DNA of 64,000 bases, taken from NCBI GenBank assembly GCA_002452155.1, contig DKEK01000002.1, forward strand, positions 85,750-149,749, written 5' to 3'. The position numbers were made by a program, and so were the translations under genes. This stretch comes from Candidatus Saccharibacteria bacterium UBA6824 (lineage in GTDB: Bacteria > Patescibacteriota > Saccharimonadia > Saccharimonadales > UBA10212). The notes under the pieces were generated by a model. It was not told the DNA's origin and did not search any database. It worked only from the letters and a program-made list of their open reading frames with translations. Shown here one piece after another: positions 10,270 to 19,258 of the stretch (the first letter of the stretch is position 1; each line of letters opens with the position of its first letter).

Positions 10270-10818
10270 GTGAACATCATAAAAAAGTCATTGAACAATT
10301 CGAACTTTCGCATCTGGCTGGCCCTAGTCGGCACGGCCACCCTAATTATCGGCGGTGCCTACACCATGGTCCAGCAATCGACCCGGCAAGCAGCCAATGA
10401 CGCGCCTATAGCCAGGGCGCAGCAGGTCAAGCAGCTACTGGAAAGCGGAGTCAGCCCGGCAGATGCTGTTCCATCCCAGAAGATAGATCTCAAAGAGAAT
10501 ATTAACGTTTTTGTCATCGTTACGGGCAAAAATCAGCAGGTATTGGCCAGCTCAGCCCAGCTTGATGGCAAAACACCGCTGCCTCCAACCGGTGTATTTA
10601 GATATGCCCTGTTGCATGGCTCGGATACATTAACCTGGCAGCCGGCGGCTGATGTCCGCATCGCTTCGCATGCCGAAACTTACAAAGACGGCTTCATAAT
10701 CACCGGTCAATCGCTTGACCCTTTCGAGGAACGCGTAGGTATCTACGATTTACTCGCCCTCGCTGCTTGGCTGGCTGTTTTGATCTGGGCTTCTTTAGTT
10801 TTGCTGTTCCCGCTCTAA
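10270..10818 (+). CDS. Hypothetical membrane protein (N- and C-terminal TM helices)
   Basis: ORF with tight spacing to neighbouring genes and hydrophobic termini; no recognisable domain. Confidence 0.4.
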   Translation: MNIIKKSLNNSNFRIWLALVGTATLIIGGAYTMVQQSTRQAANDAPIARAQQVKQLLESGVSPADAVPSQKIDLKENINVFVIVTGKNQQVLASSAQLDGKTPLPPTGVFRYALLHGSDTLTWQPAADVRIASHAETYKDGFIITGQSLDPFEERVGIYDLLALAAWLAVLIWASLVLLFPL

Positions 10819-11531
10819 GCCGCCGCTTTCTCTAGCGAAAGCCCTTGTGCGAAAGCAAGGGCTGCCGCGGCTTCTTCTCGTGGTATATTGCCGGTCAAAA
10901 CGTAACCTGACCCCTGCATAATTCTAGCTCGAGCATATTCAGGCGCCATCATCAGCAGAGCGCCGGTTATCAATTCTTCAGGAAGGACCGTAATGTCGTC
11001 TACGCCCTCGATTAACCCTTCATTTGCTTGCATAAATCTATCCCTCGCACGTCTTAAGCCGGCGATCTCGGCTTCGGTCTGATTGGGCCTGACGGCAATT
11101 TTCTCCGAGCCTCTAGCCGCCAGGTAGTTTTCATCTAGCCGGCGTAATTTACGGGTCTCGGTTATGGTTTGTTTCATAGCCTCTGGGAAAGGTACCGTAA
11201 CATCAATAATATGCCTATCGTGGTGATCGTTGTGACGGCAGGCATATATCCATACTGTTAGATGAATCAACTCCCTGAACTTAGCAGCCAGGCCTCCGTG
11301 AGCTTCATGAAAGGGCTTCGAACTATGTAGGTGGTGCTGCGTTAGGCGGCAGGTTTCGTTGTCGCCCCTAAAACGGCAGTTTTCTCGCATACAATCGAGC
11401 ATCGGAGGGGGTATGACAATACCGTACTCATTCGTATCAAGGTGCATACGCTCGGGATGTACTATTAATTCTGGGGGGCGCTCTAAATCGACCAAACCGC
11501 TGCCATCTAGCGGGAAAGCCTCTTTAGCCAT
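10815..11531 (-). CDS. Hypothetical Cys/His-rich protein
   Basis: 238-aa ORF carrying CMRENCRFRGDNETC and CRHNDHHDRH clusters; no family recognised. Confidence 0.4.
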   Translation of the reverse strand: MAKEAFPLDGSGLVDLERPPELIVHPERMHLDTNEYGIVIPPPMLDCMRENCRFRGDNETCRLTQHHLHSSKPFHEAHGGLAAKFRELIHLTVWIYACRHNDHHDRHIIDVTVPFPEAMKQTITETRKLRRLDENYLAARGSEKIAVRPNQTEAEIAGLRRARDRFMQANEGLIEGVDDITVLPEELITGALLMMAPEYARARIMQGSGYVLTGNIPREEAAAALAFAQGLSLEKAAA

Positions 11532-11663
11532 TTGTTATCCTTTTTGTTTTTCCCATAACGCTTATTTTTACTTTTTCATAAGGTCGGCGCTTATGCAAGT
11601 TTTTATCATTTAGAAATGCAGGAAAAGGCCCGCTTATCCACAGAACAGAAGGGTGGGGCGTCC

Positions 11664-11692
11664 TAGACAAAATAAATTTCTTATGCTAAAAT
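11664..11692 (+). promoter_or_regulatory. Sigma-70-like promoter for the DEAD-box helicase gene (TAGACA-17-TAAAAT, extended TG)
   Basis: TAGACA at 11664-11669, a 17-nt spacer, then TGCTAAAAT at 11684-11692. Implies a leader of roughly 90 nt containing the small hairpin CTTCATTTGAAG before the AGGAGG SD. Confidence 0.4.
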
Positions 11693-11790
11693 AGCTATAT
11701 TGTTCGAAATGAATCCGGCGTTTTAGTTTTTAACCCAGGCTTCATTTGAAGCAAAAGTGTTAATAACTAAAATAGGAGGATTCTTTTTTT

Positions 11791-12993
11791 ATGCCTTACG
11801 TTTCACACCGCCGGCCCAGCGCCGGCCGACGCCCAGCCGCAGGCGCCCCGCGCCGCTCTAGAAGCAACAAACAGGCAATCGCGCCAGGTCGTTATGTAAA
11901 AGCCGCTAACCCCGCACAAACCGGCGATTACACCGCCAAGAATGACTTCGCCGATTTCGCCATCCATCCCTTGTTCAAAAACAATATTGCCGGCAAGGGC
12001 TATAAAATGCCGTCGGAAATCCAAGATAAAGCTATTGCTTTAGGGCTATCGGGCCGCGATGTAGTCGGCGTAGCCAATACCGGCACCGGCAAGACGGCCG
12101 CTTTTGCTATTCCGATCTTAAATAAACTTGTACACGAGCGCGATTCACAAGCCCTTATTATCGCACCGACCCGCGAGTTGGCCTTGCAGATCGAGGGGCA
12201 GTGTAAGTTGCTGGCCCAACACAGCGGCCTGTCAGGCGCCTTGATTATTGGCGGCCTGCCCATGGGCAGCCAGGTTAACGCCCTTAAAAATGGCGCCAAT
12301 ATTATCATTGGCACGCCGGGACGGCTCAAAGACCACGTCAAACAGGGAACCCTAAAGCTCAACAATTGCCGGATGGTGGTGCTCGACGAAGTTGACCGCA
12401 TGCTGGACATGGGTTTCATAAACGACGTGCGGCACTTGCTGGAGTTACTGCCGGCTGAACGCCAATCGTTCTTTTTCTCGGCGACTCTTGGTCCGGAGAT
12501 CGACATGCTAATCCAGAGCTTTTCCAAAGATCCGGTTACCGTCAACGTCAAAGCCGGCGAAACCAGCGACAATGTCCACCAGGACGTAATAGCTTACGAG
12601 ACCAAGCCCCAGCGCCTGGACCTGCTACACGACTTACTGCTTCGTAGTGACGTCAGAAAGACGCTGATTTTTTGTGAGATGAAATGCGGTGCTGAGAGAC
12701 TTGCCAAGGAACTGGTGGCCCGCGGCTTTAACGCCGATGCCTTGCACGGTGGCAAAACCCAAAACCGCCGCCGCCGGGCACTGGATAGTTTCCGCGACAG
12801 TAGCATTAACATCTTAGTGGCCACAGACGTCGCCGCCCGCGGCATAGACGTCATTGATATTACCCACGTAATCAACTTTGATGAGCCCCACAGTTATAAC
12901 GACTACATTCACCGCATTGGCCGCGCCGGCCGGGCCGGCAGAATTGGCCACGCCCTAACCTTTGTGCAAACCAAAGCTGCCGTCCGCTTCTAA
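11791..12993 (+). CDS. DEAD-box ATP-dependent RNA helicase
   Basis: Q-motif (F..F...GYKMPSEIQ), Walker A ANTGTGKT, DEVD, SAT, HRIGRAGRAG; strong AGGAGG SD. Carries an Arg-rich N-terminal extension of about 60 aa. Confidence 0.9.
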   Translation: MPYVSHRRPSAGRRPAAGAPRRSRSNKQAIAPGRYVKAANPAQTGDYTAKNDFADFAIHPLFKNNIAGKGYKMPSEIQDKAIALGLSGRDVVGVANTGTGKTAAFAIPILNKLVHERDSQALIIAPTRELALQIEGQCKLLAQHSGLSGALIIGGLPMGSQVNALKNGANIIIGTPGRLKDHVKQGTLKLNNCRMVVLDEVDRMLDMGFINDVRHLLELLPAERQSFFFSATLGPEIDMLIQSFSKDPVTVNVKAGETSDNVHQDVIAYETKPQRLDLLHDLLLRSDVRKTLIFCEMKCGAERLAKELVARGFNADALHGGKTQNRRRRALDSFRDSSINILVATDVAARGIDVIDITHVINFDEPHSYNDYIHRIGRAGRAGRIGHALTFVQTKAAVRF

Positions 12994-13031
12994 CCCGAGC
13001 CGATTGACCCTTAAAGTAGTAAGATGATTTT

Positions 13032-13412
13032 GTGATTCAACTCAGCGATAAGCAATTCAAAAAAATTGTAACCGAGGCTATTGACGCCATTCCGTCGCCC
13101 TATATCGACCGGCTGGAAAACGTCGCTTTCATTATCGAAGATGCGCCGACGCCGGCGCAGTCCCACAAGCTGGGTCTGCGCTGCGAGAATCTGCTTTTCG
13201 GGCTGTACGAGGGCGTGCCGCTGCCTCGTCGTATGGGTGCCACCAAACTTTTGCCCGATAAAATAACCCTTTTTAAGAAGCCGCTGGAAATGGTCAGCCA
13301 AGATGTGAACGATCTCATCAAGCGCGTAAAAAATACCGTTTGGCATGAAGTAGCCCATTATTATGGTTTAGATCACGAGCGTATCCACGAGTTAGAGAAT
13401 AGGCCGAAGTAA
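13032..13412 (+). CDS. Minimal zincin-like metallopeptidase family protein (Zincin_1/DUF1025-like)
   Basis: Small protein with a C-terminal HEVAHYYGLDHERIHELE (HExxH...H). Confidence 0.55.
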   Translation: MIQLSDKQFKKIVTEAIDAIPSPYIDRLENVAFIIEDAPTPAQSHKLGLRCENLLFGLYEGVPLPRRMGATKLLPDKITLFKKPLEMVSQDVNDLIKRVKNTVWHEVAHYYGLDHERIHELENRPK

Positions 13413-13424
13413 ACCGGCCGGTGT

Positions 13425-13928
13425 TTGAAGTTGCAACGGTTTTTATGGGATAATAGAGGTATGAGATATTTTTGGCGTGGCTTAGGCAAACACCGTTTAC
13501 TGGCCGGCCTGTTGCTAGTTGGTATCACCGGCTGGGCAATGTATGCCGGCACTCAGCAAGCTTCAAACCAAGCAGCTTATAGTCAAGGTTCGCCGCGGCA
13601 GGGGATGTCCGGCGCTAAAATTTTGCAGACAGATACACTCGGTATTTCAAGTGAGGCTAGTAGCAGCAGTCAAACTAATTCCGATAATCAACCCCAAAAC
13701 GATAATTCGGCGTCTGGTAGCCCATCCTCGACAGCTGTTCCGCCCAGCCTGCCAGCCGGCGAGGATAGCAGTTATCCTAAGTCAATGCCCTGCATGCAGT
13801 CAGCGGCCAATACTGAATGGCCCGGCTGCTTCCCCAAAGGCTGCACGGAGCCCATGGCGGACGGCAGTATGGACTGCAGCCGCTGCGGCGTCGATATGGG
13901 CGCGCAGCCTGCCTGCTTGATCCAATAA
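13425..13928 (+). CDS. Hypothetical secreted protein with a Ser/Asn-rich linker and a Cys-rich C-terminus
   Basis: N-terminal TM/signal, low-complexity SSEASSSSQTNSDNQPQNDNSASGSPSS, and six Cys in the last 60 aa. Confidence 0.35.
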   Translation: MKLQRFLWDNRGMRYFWRGLGKHRLLAGLLLVGITGWAMYAGTQQASNQAAYSQGSPRQGMSGAKILQTDTLGISSEASSSSQTNSDNQPQNDNSASGSPSSTAVPPSLPAGEDSSYPKSMPCMQSAANTEWPGCFPKGCTEPMADGSMDCSRCGVDMGAQPACLIQ

Positions 13929-13980
13929 AACTGTATTCTTCACCAAAACGGGGGTATAATTAGGTCAGATTGGAGGGTAT

Positions 13981-14238
13981 ATGGCACAAAAAACACTCGG
14001 CAAAGTCATTCACTACTACGACCACCTAGGCGTCGCGGTAATAAAGTTGGCTAAGGGCGCTGCCCTAAAAAAGGGTGACAGGGTGGAGTTCAAAGGTAGC
14101 AGTACCGACTTTACCCAGAAGGTTGTTTCGCTGCAGGCGGACCACGAAGACGTCGATTCAGTCAAGGCCGGCGACGACTTTGGCCTAAAAGTCGATAAGC
14201 CCGTCCGCGAGGGCGACGCCGTCCACCCAGCCGCCTAG
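13981..14238 (+). CDS. Small beta-barrel protein resembling translation-factor domain II (EF-Tu domain 2-like)
   Basis: GKVIHYYDHLGVAVIKL...KKGDRVEF.G..TDFTQKVVSLQ.DHEDVDSVKAGDDFGLKV pattern; GGAGGG SD. Confidence 0.4.
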   Translation: MAQKTLGKVIHYYDHLGVAVIKLAKGAALKKGDRVEFKGSSTDFTQKVVSLQADHEDVDSVKAGDDFGLKVDKPVREGDAVHPAA

Positions 14239-14276
14239 CTCTATATTCTTCCCTCGGACAGGTCTATACTTCCTAA

Positions 14277-15536
14277 TTGATGAAGCATAAGCGTAATCAA
14301 TCGGGTTTTCATCATATTTTTTTGCTACTCGTGATTCTTGTTCTGGCCGTCGTCGGCTTCGTCGGCTATAGGGTGTTCAATAAAAACCACAGTTCCGGCG
14401 GCGGTAATTCGGGAACAAAAGCCGGCCTAAAATTGGTCAAGGGCGAAAATATCGATAATCAAGGCTGTAGCGGCTCCGGGCCAGTCATGTTCGGTACCAG
14501 CCCGATGGACCCTAAAGACGTTGGCGTGTTTCTACCACTTGGTTTGATGGTTGGCGCTCATGTGACGCCGATTGATCACATGTATTTCTCGCCGATTGAC
14601 TTTCACTCTGCCCGCGACACTTACGAGGTAAGGGCAATGGCCGATGGGCTCATTACCGCCATCAGCCAGCGGTCTCGGCAGGTAAATGACATTAATAATG
14701 GCGCGCCTAAACTGGCGGAGTACCAGCTCAAGTTTTGGTACAGCTGCACCTTCGCTAGTTACTATGACTTGATCACCAGTTTATCACCCAGGTTGCAATC
14801 GGAGTTCGAAGCTCACAAGGGGAGTGGCGGTAACGCCAGCGTTCAGGTCAAGGTTAAAGAGGGCGAAGTAGTAGGCCGGATCGGCGGCCAAACGCTTGAT
14901 TTCGCAGTTTATGATTACACAAAAATATTACCGGGCTTTATCGTACCCGAACATTATTTGGGAGAGTCATGGAAACTTCACGTTGTTAATCCGTTTCCGT
15001 ACTTTAAAGAACCGGTTAGAAGCCAGCTACTGGCTTTAGACCCCCGCCAAGCCGATCCCCGCGAAGGCAAAATCGATTATGACCAAGACGGCAAGCTGGT
15101 CGGCACGTGGTTTAAGGAAGGCAATAATGGCTTTGGCTCGAGCGGTGGGCAAAACCCGTCGCCCTGGCGGGCCCATCTGTCCTTTGTCTATGACGCTGTT
15201 GATCCGGCGTTGGTTGAAGTATCCATAGGCGATTACGGCGGACAATCCCAGCAGTTCGCCCTCATATCTAACGGGCCCGATCCGGCCACCATAGGCGTCG
15301 GCAACTTGGTCAAGTTCGAGCTGACCCAGATCGATCACTATCTTAGCGGCAGCGGCCAGCAGTGGGATAATATGCATGTTTATAGCGACATCAAAGGTCG
15401 GCCTGGTACGTACGTGCAGGGAGTGGCCCTGACGCAGATGACCGATAAACGCAAGCTCAAGTTCGAAGCCTTCCCGGGTAAAACTGCCGCACAGGTAACC
15501 GGCTTTACAACGGCCGCCCAAACCTACGAACGCTAG
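14277..15536 (+). CDS. Hypothetical secreted/membrane-anchored protein
   Basis: N-terminal TM (IFLLLVILVLAVVGFVGY); 419 aa with no recognised domain; followed by a T8 run. Confidence 0.4.
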   Translation: MMKHKRNQSGFHHIFLLLVILVLAVVGFVGYRVFNKNHSSGGGNSGTKAGLKLVKGENIDNQGCSGSGPVMFGTSPMDPKDVGVFLPLGLMVGAHVTPIDHMYFSPIDFHSARDTYEVRAMADGLITAISQRSRQVNDINNGAPKLAEYQLKFWYSCTFASYYDLITSLSPRLQSEFEAHKGSGGNASVQVKVKEGEVVGRIGGQTLDFAVYDYTKILPGFIVPEHYLGESWKLHVVNPFPYFKEPVRSQLLALDPRQADPREGKIDYDQDGKLVGTWFKEGNNGFGSSGGQNPSPWRAHLSFVYDAVDPALVEVSIGDYGGQSQQFALISNGPDPATIGVGNLVKFELTQIDHYLSGSGQQWDNMHVYSDIKGRPGTYVQGVALTQMTDKRKLKFEAFPGKTAAQVTGFTTAAQTYER

Positions 15537-15693
15537 AGGGCCTCGAAAAATCCTTTTTTTTGCTTGTGCTTGCATTAGTCTCAAGATAGTTCCAATATTG
15601 CACATCTCGCGATATGAAATTATCTGGTTGACTACCAAAGCGCCATTCATACCGGCAGCATATCATATATAATAAGCGTAACTGGAGTCTATC

Positions 15694-16785
15694 TTGAGGA
15701 AGATTTTTATTGTCGTAGCTGGTGGAAACGCTGATGCTCAGCGACATTTTGAAGACACTATTCAAAGAAAAAGGAATATTGCTGAGGTAAAACAATTTCT
15801 GCCACCCGAACAAGTAAATAATTTAGAAAATATCTACCACGGATCAGACTTTATTGTTTGGGGTTCTGTGCCTGGCACAATGAATGAACCGCGTTGGGAA
15901 AAAATGGATCCCGGAGACGTGGTACTTATCTACAATGGTGGCAGGATTCAGTTTGCCGGCGAAGTTGCCGCAAAAGTCCGCAGCAAAGACCTAGCAAGGT
16001 ATTTCTGGCGTGAAACCGAAGATCGTGAGACTTGGGAACTCATGTATTTTATAGTCAACGAGGAACGTGTCGATGTCCCTTTAGCAAAACTCAATCCGTT
16101 TTTTGGATATAGCGAAATATATGCACCGCGCGGGTTTACTCAAATCGACCAGGAGAAGGTAAAAACTTTTGCAGCAAATTACGGTGACATTCTAGGAGTG
16201 CTGAAGTCGCTCGAAAAAAACGAAGAAATTATTCCAGTGGCCCCAGTAAAAACACAAGTATTTGAAGAGGAAATCGAGCGGGCAACTACTGAGCATGACG
16301 AAATGCAGTGGAGGTTGATAAGGCTAGGCGAATTAGCGAAACTCGATATTTGGGTTCCGGCAAATGATCAAGGTAAGCAATTTGAGGGCAATAAGTTTCG
16401 TGAGCACGTCTTGCCGGAGTTCCAGCAGGGGATTGATGTGCCGCCAACCATTAAGAATATCGACGTAGTCTGGAAATTTGGCCCGTACTCAATCAAGTCA
16501 GCCTTCGAAATAGAGCATTCGACGTCAGTGTATTCGGGTATTTTGCGTCTCTCAGATTTAAGGACAGAAACACCTAACTCGACCTTTCCGTTATTTATCG
16601 TTGCTGACCAGGGACGTAAACGTAAGGTTTTGAATGAATTGCTACGACCGACTTTTTCTAGCCCGGCGTTGCGTTTAAACGAGGTCGTTAAGTATCTTAG
16701 CTACGACAATATTCGAGAAATTGATGGCTCAGCCAAAAGCGGCTTTAACCCAGAAGTTTTTCAAACTGTCGGGGTTTCACCTTAA
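15694..16785 (+). CDS. Hypothetical fusion: N-terminal PUA-like (EVE/ASCH-like) domain plus a C-terminal putative restriction-endonuclease-like domain; candidate modification-dependent nuclease
   Basis: The gene lies in a low-GC islet (about 42% against about 55% in the flanks). N-terminus: DFIVWGSVPG...WEKMDPGDVVLIYNGGRIQFAGEV, a PUA-like pattern. C-terminus: IDVVWKFGPYSIKSAFEIEHS, a D...ExE/H spacing reminiscent of PD-(D/E)xK. Confidence 0.4.
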   Translation: MRKIFIVVAGGNADAQRHFEDTIQRKRNIAEVKQFLPPEQVNNLENIYHGSDFIVWGSVPGTMNEPRWEKMDPGDVVLIYNGGRIQFAGEVAAKVRSKDLARYFWRETEDRETWELMYFIVNEERVDVPLAKLNPFFGYSEIYAPRGFTQIDQEKVKTFAANYGDILGVLKSLEKNEEIIPVAPVKTQVFEEEIERATTEHDEMQWRLIRLGELAKLDIWVPANDQGKQFEGNKFREHVLPEFQQGIDVPPTIKNIDVVWKFGPYSIKSAFEIEHSTSVYSGILRLSDLRTETPNSTFPLFIVADQGRKRKVLNELLRPTFSSPALRLNEVVKYLSYDNIREIDGSAKSGFNPEVFQTVGVSP

Positions 16786-16830
16786 GCCCAGAACTAACTT
16801 CCGAAAGCGTATAATCATTAGCATAAGGGG

Positions 16831-17421
16831 GTGGGGATGTTTGGTAAGTTCAAGGTTTGGTTCTCGGCTCTATCTTCAATTGGAAAAGTAGGAGTCATCG
16901 CGGGCGCATCGATTCTTACAATAGGTGTAGCCAGTGCGGCCGGCCATTTATCAAAGACCCAATCACCAGTAGTCCCGCCTCCAACAGTTAAGTCCGACAG
17001 CATCGAGCACAAAACGATCATGACGACTGAAGCAGTAGCGTTTGACACAAAAACCGTTGACGATCCTACCCTGGCCGCCGGCACGGACAAAACACAAACC
17101 GAAGGCGTAAACGGCGTAAGAACCAAAACTTGGGATGTCACCTATACCAACGGCAAAGAAACCGGCCGAATAGTGGTGAATGATGGAATCACTACAGCCC
17201 CAGTAACCAAAATCATAGTACATGGTACATACGTCGCCCAGGCTCTAAATTGCCCCAATGGCACTTATGTAAATTCAGTAGGTAATACAGTCTGCAGCCC
17301 ATACAGCGCACCGAGGGTACCAGTCGGTGCAACCGCTCAGTGTAGAGACGGCACATATAGTTTCAGCCAATCCCGAAGTGGCACATGCTCCCACCACGGC
17401 GGTGTCGCTGTCTGGCTCTAG
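16831..17421 (+). CDS. Membrane-anchored G5 domain plus DUF3761 domain protein
   Basis: N-terminal TM, a G5-like segment (TEAVAFDTKTVDDPTLAAGTDKTQTEGVNG...NGKETG), and a C-terminal CRDGTYSFSQSRSGTCSHHGGV (DUF3761 signature). Confidence 0.55.
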   Translation: MGMFGKFKVWFSALSSIGKVGVIAGASILTIGVASAAGHLSKTQSPVVPPPTVKSDSIEHKTIMTTEAVAFDTKTVDDPTLAAGTDKTQTEGVNGVRTKTWDVTYTNGKETGRIVVNDGITTAPVTKIIVHGTYVAQALNCPNGTYVNSVGNTVCSPYSAPRVPVGATAQCRDGTYSFSQSRSGTCSHHGGVAVWL

Positions 17422-17512
17422 TCAAAAATAACGCTTTTTATAAACGCAGCGGCAAAAACAAAAGAACTGGCATTTTGACAAATTGTACTGAACATAGTTA
17501 AAATTAGGTTTT

Positions 17513-17812
17513 ATGTCAGAATTATCCCCAGACGAAGACGAGTATTTGATCAGTATTCCGGAAGCCGTACATTATACGGCGGACGGTATAATTACTGAGG
17601 CCGATGTCTACAGCAACATGGAAGCCGAAAGGCAGCGGGAAGTCATAGCAGGGGCGCTGGATATACCGCTTGAGAAGGTGCTGTTCGCGGACGAGGCTTC
17701 TGCCGATCCCAGGCTAGAAAGAGCCAGGCGAATATCGGTAGCATTTTCCAGTGCTCGTTGGAGTTCTAGCTGGGACCCGGACGCCGCCAAGGGCGACCCA
17801 AACCTAAACTAA
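17513..17812 (+). CDS. Hypothetical acidic small protein
   Basis: 99-aa ORF with a possible TTGACA-18-TAAAAT promoter at 17475-17504, which would make the mRNA nearly leaderless. Confidence 0.3.
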   Translation: MSELSPDEDEYLISIPEAVHYTADGIITEADVYSNMEAERQREVIAGALDIPLEKVLFADEASADPRLERARRISVAFSSARWSSSWDPDAAKGDPNLN

Positions 17813-17900
17813 AACTCCGGGCTCGAGAGAACCGAGTCATCGAAGCTCGAAAATAAGCTTTAGCGTGCTACAATTTAGGTAACTTAAAAAGGGGTGGGAT

Positions 17901-18551
17901 ATGGAAACGCAGCAGCAACCAGTGGCAGAACATCAGCCGCAAAAGATGCACAAAGACAGAAACATGAAAGGCAAAATGATAATGTTCTTGCTGGCTATTA
18001 TATTGCTAGGCGTGGGCGCCGGCGCCGGCTGGTGGTGGCGCGACAAAGACGCTAAAGCTTTGGATAAGACCAAGCAGTCCCAGATAACTACCTTAGGCAG
18101 CCAGATAACCCAGCTTCAAAAAGATCTGGTGGACGCTAAAAAAACTACGACCACGACTACTACGACCACCACGACCTCGACCGGCGTCCGACCCAGTGCA
18201 GCAACCTTAAGTAGCATCCAAGATGCCATTAAATCCGGCAACACCGCCGCTTTGGAGGGCTACATGGCATCGACCGTCAAGGTAATTATCGCCGCCAGTG
18301 AGGGCGTCGGTGACCGAACGCCGGCCCAAGCCGTTAGTGATCTTAAATACCTGGACAACGCCACCGATCCTTGGGACTTTGCCCTGCCGGCCGCTACACT
18401 TGCGGCCTACCAGACCGGAGGCTACAAGCAATATTTCCCAACCACCGCCCTGGTGGGTAAATCGGCCAATAAATACGTAGTGTCTTTTCAGTTTGATAGC
18501 AACGGCAAAATCAGCGGCGTCTTTATGGCCGCCAGCTCTGACTTGCTGTAA
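17901..18551 (+). CDS. Hypothetical membrane-anchored protein with a poly-Thr linker
   Basis: TM at residues 25-45, a TTTTTTTTTTTST linker, then a globular C-terminal domain; AAAGGGGTG SD. Confidence 0.4.
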   Translation: METQQQPVAEHQPQKMHKDRNMKGKMIMFLLAIILLGVGAGAGWWWRDKDAKALDKTKQSQITTLGSQITQLQKDLVDAKKTTTTTTTTTTTSTGVRPSAATLSSIQDAIKSGNTAALEGYMASTVKVIIAASEGVGDRTPAQAVSDLKYLDNATDPWDFALPAATLAAYQTGGYKQYFPTTALVGKSANKYVVSFQFDSNGKISGVFMAASSDLL

Positions 18552-18578
18552 TAGTTTGTTTTAAGAACGACCGGTCTG

Positions 18579-19100
18579 CTAAACCGCGGCTTGGGAGCCG
18601 AGGTATTTGCCGCGGATCTGAAATAGCAGCCACAGGCCGATGACCGTGCCGATTAAGTAACCGATAAAGTTACCGACGCCGCCGTAATTGGTAAAAATAT
18701 TGACGATTCCGTAGACCAGGTTAACCAGCAGGGCATAGAACATCAGGTTCCAGCCGCGCTTTTGGCGGGCACGGGTTGCCGGAAACGCCATCAGGTAAAG
18801 TACTGCTTCTACCACCAGCACAGCCAGTCCTAGCCAAACGGTGGCATCCAGCTTGTGAACCGCCACGCTGGTGTTAACCCCGTAAGCTTGGCCAAGCTGG
18901 TTGACGTAGTTTGCCAGGCCGTTAACCAAGTGCGCCCAATGCCACAAGGCGTAAGCCGCCCAAAGGGTTATAATCCCCAGCACCAGATTTATCCAGGGTA
19001 ACCACTCTGCCAGAACTTCTTTGCCTTTTTCCGGTAATTTTGGAGCACTTTTTATAAACACGCCCTCTAACGATTTTTCGAGTTGATCTAACGCCGCCAT
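18579..19100 (-). CDS. Hypothetical polytopic membrane protein
   Basis: Start moved to the ATG at 19100 (MAALDQLEKS...), which is preceded by a strong GGAGG SD; 4 TM helices. Confidence 0.45.
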   Translation of the reverse strand: MAALDQLEKSLEGVFIKSAPKLPEKGKEVLAEWLPWINLVLGIITLWAAYALWHWAHLVNGLANYVNQLGQAYGVNTSVAVHKLDATVWLGLAVLVVEAVLYLMAFPATRARQKRGWNLMFYALLVNLVYGIVNIFTNYGGVGNFIGYLIGTVIGLWLLFQIRGKYLGSQAAV

Positions 19101-19208
19101 TTTGACCTCCTTAGTTATTAACTTAAGAATAGACCTATCAGCCGCGCGTAGCAATAAGTAAAATAGCCGAGGCTGCGATTTGTGGCACGTGGGGTGCGAT
19201 AAATAGAC

Positions 19209-19244
19209 AAAAAAAACAGGCCGGAAAGCCCGGCCTGTTTTTTT
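19209..19244 (-). terminator. Bidirectional rho-independent terminator downstream of the aquaporin gene
   Basis: A8 run, then the stem CAGGCCGG / CCGGCCTG around a 5-nt loop, then a T7 run. Confidence 0.65.
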
Positions 19245-19258
19245 GCCGAAAAAGTCTT

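Noticed and set aside
15520-15572. Terminator after the 14277..15536 gene
   Set aside because: There is a T8 run but only a 4-bp GAGG/CCTC stem with a 1-nt loop, too weak to call.
18121-18185. Apparent tandem nucleotide repeat (ACTACGACCACG...)
   Set aside because: It encodes the in-frame poly-Thr linker of the 17901..18551 protein; it is coding low complexity, not a DNA-level repeat element or CRISPR.
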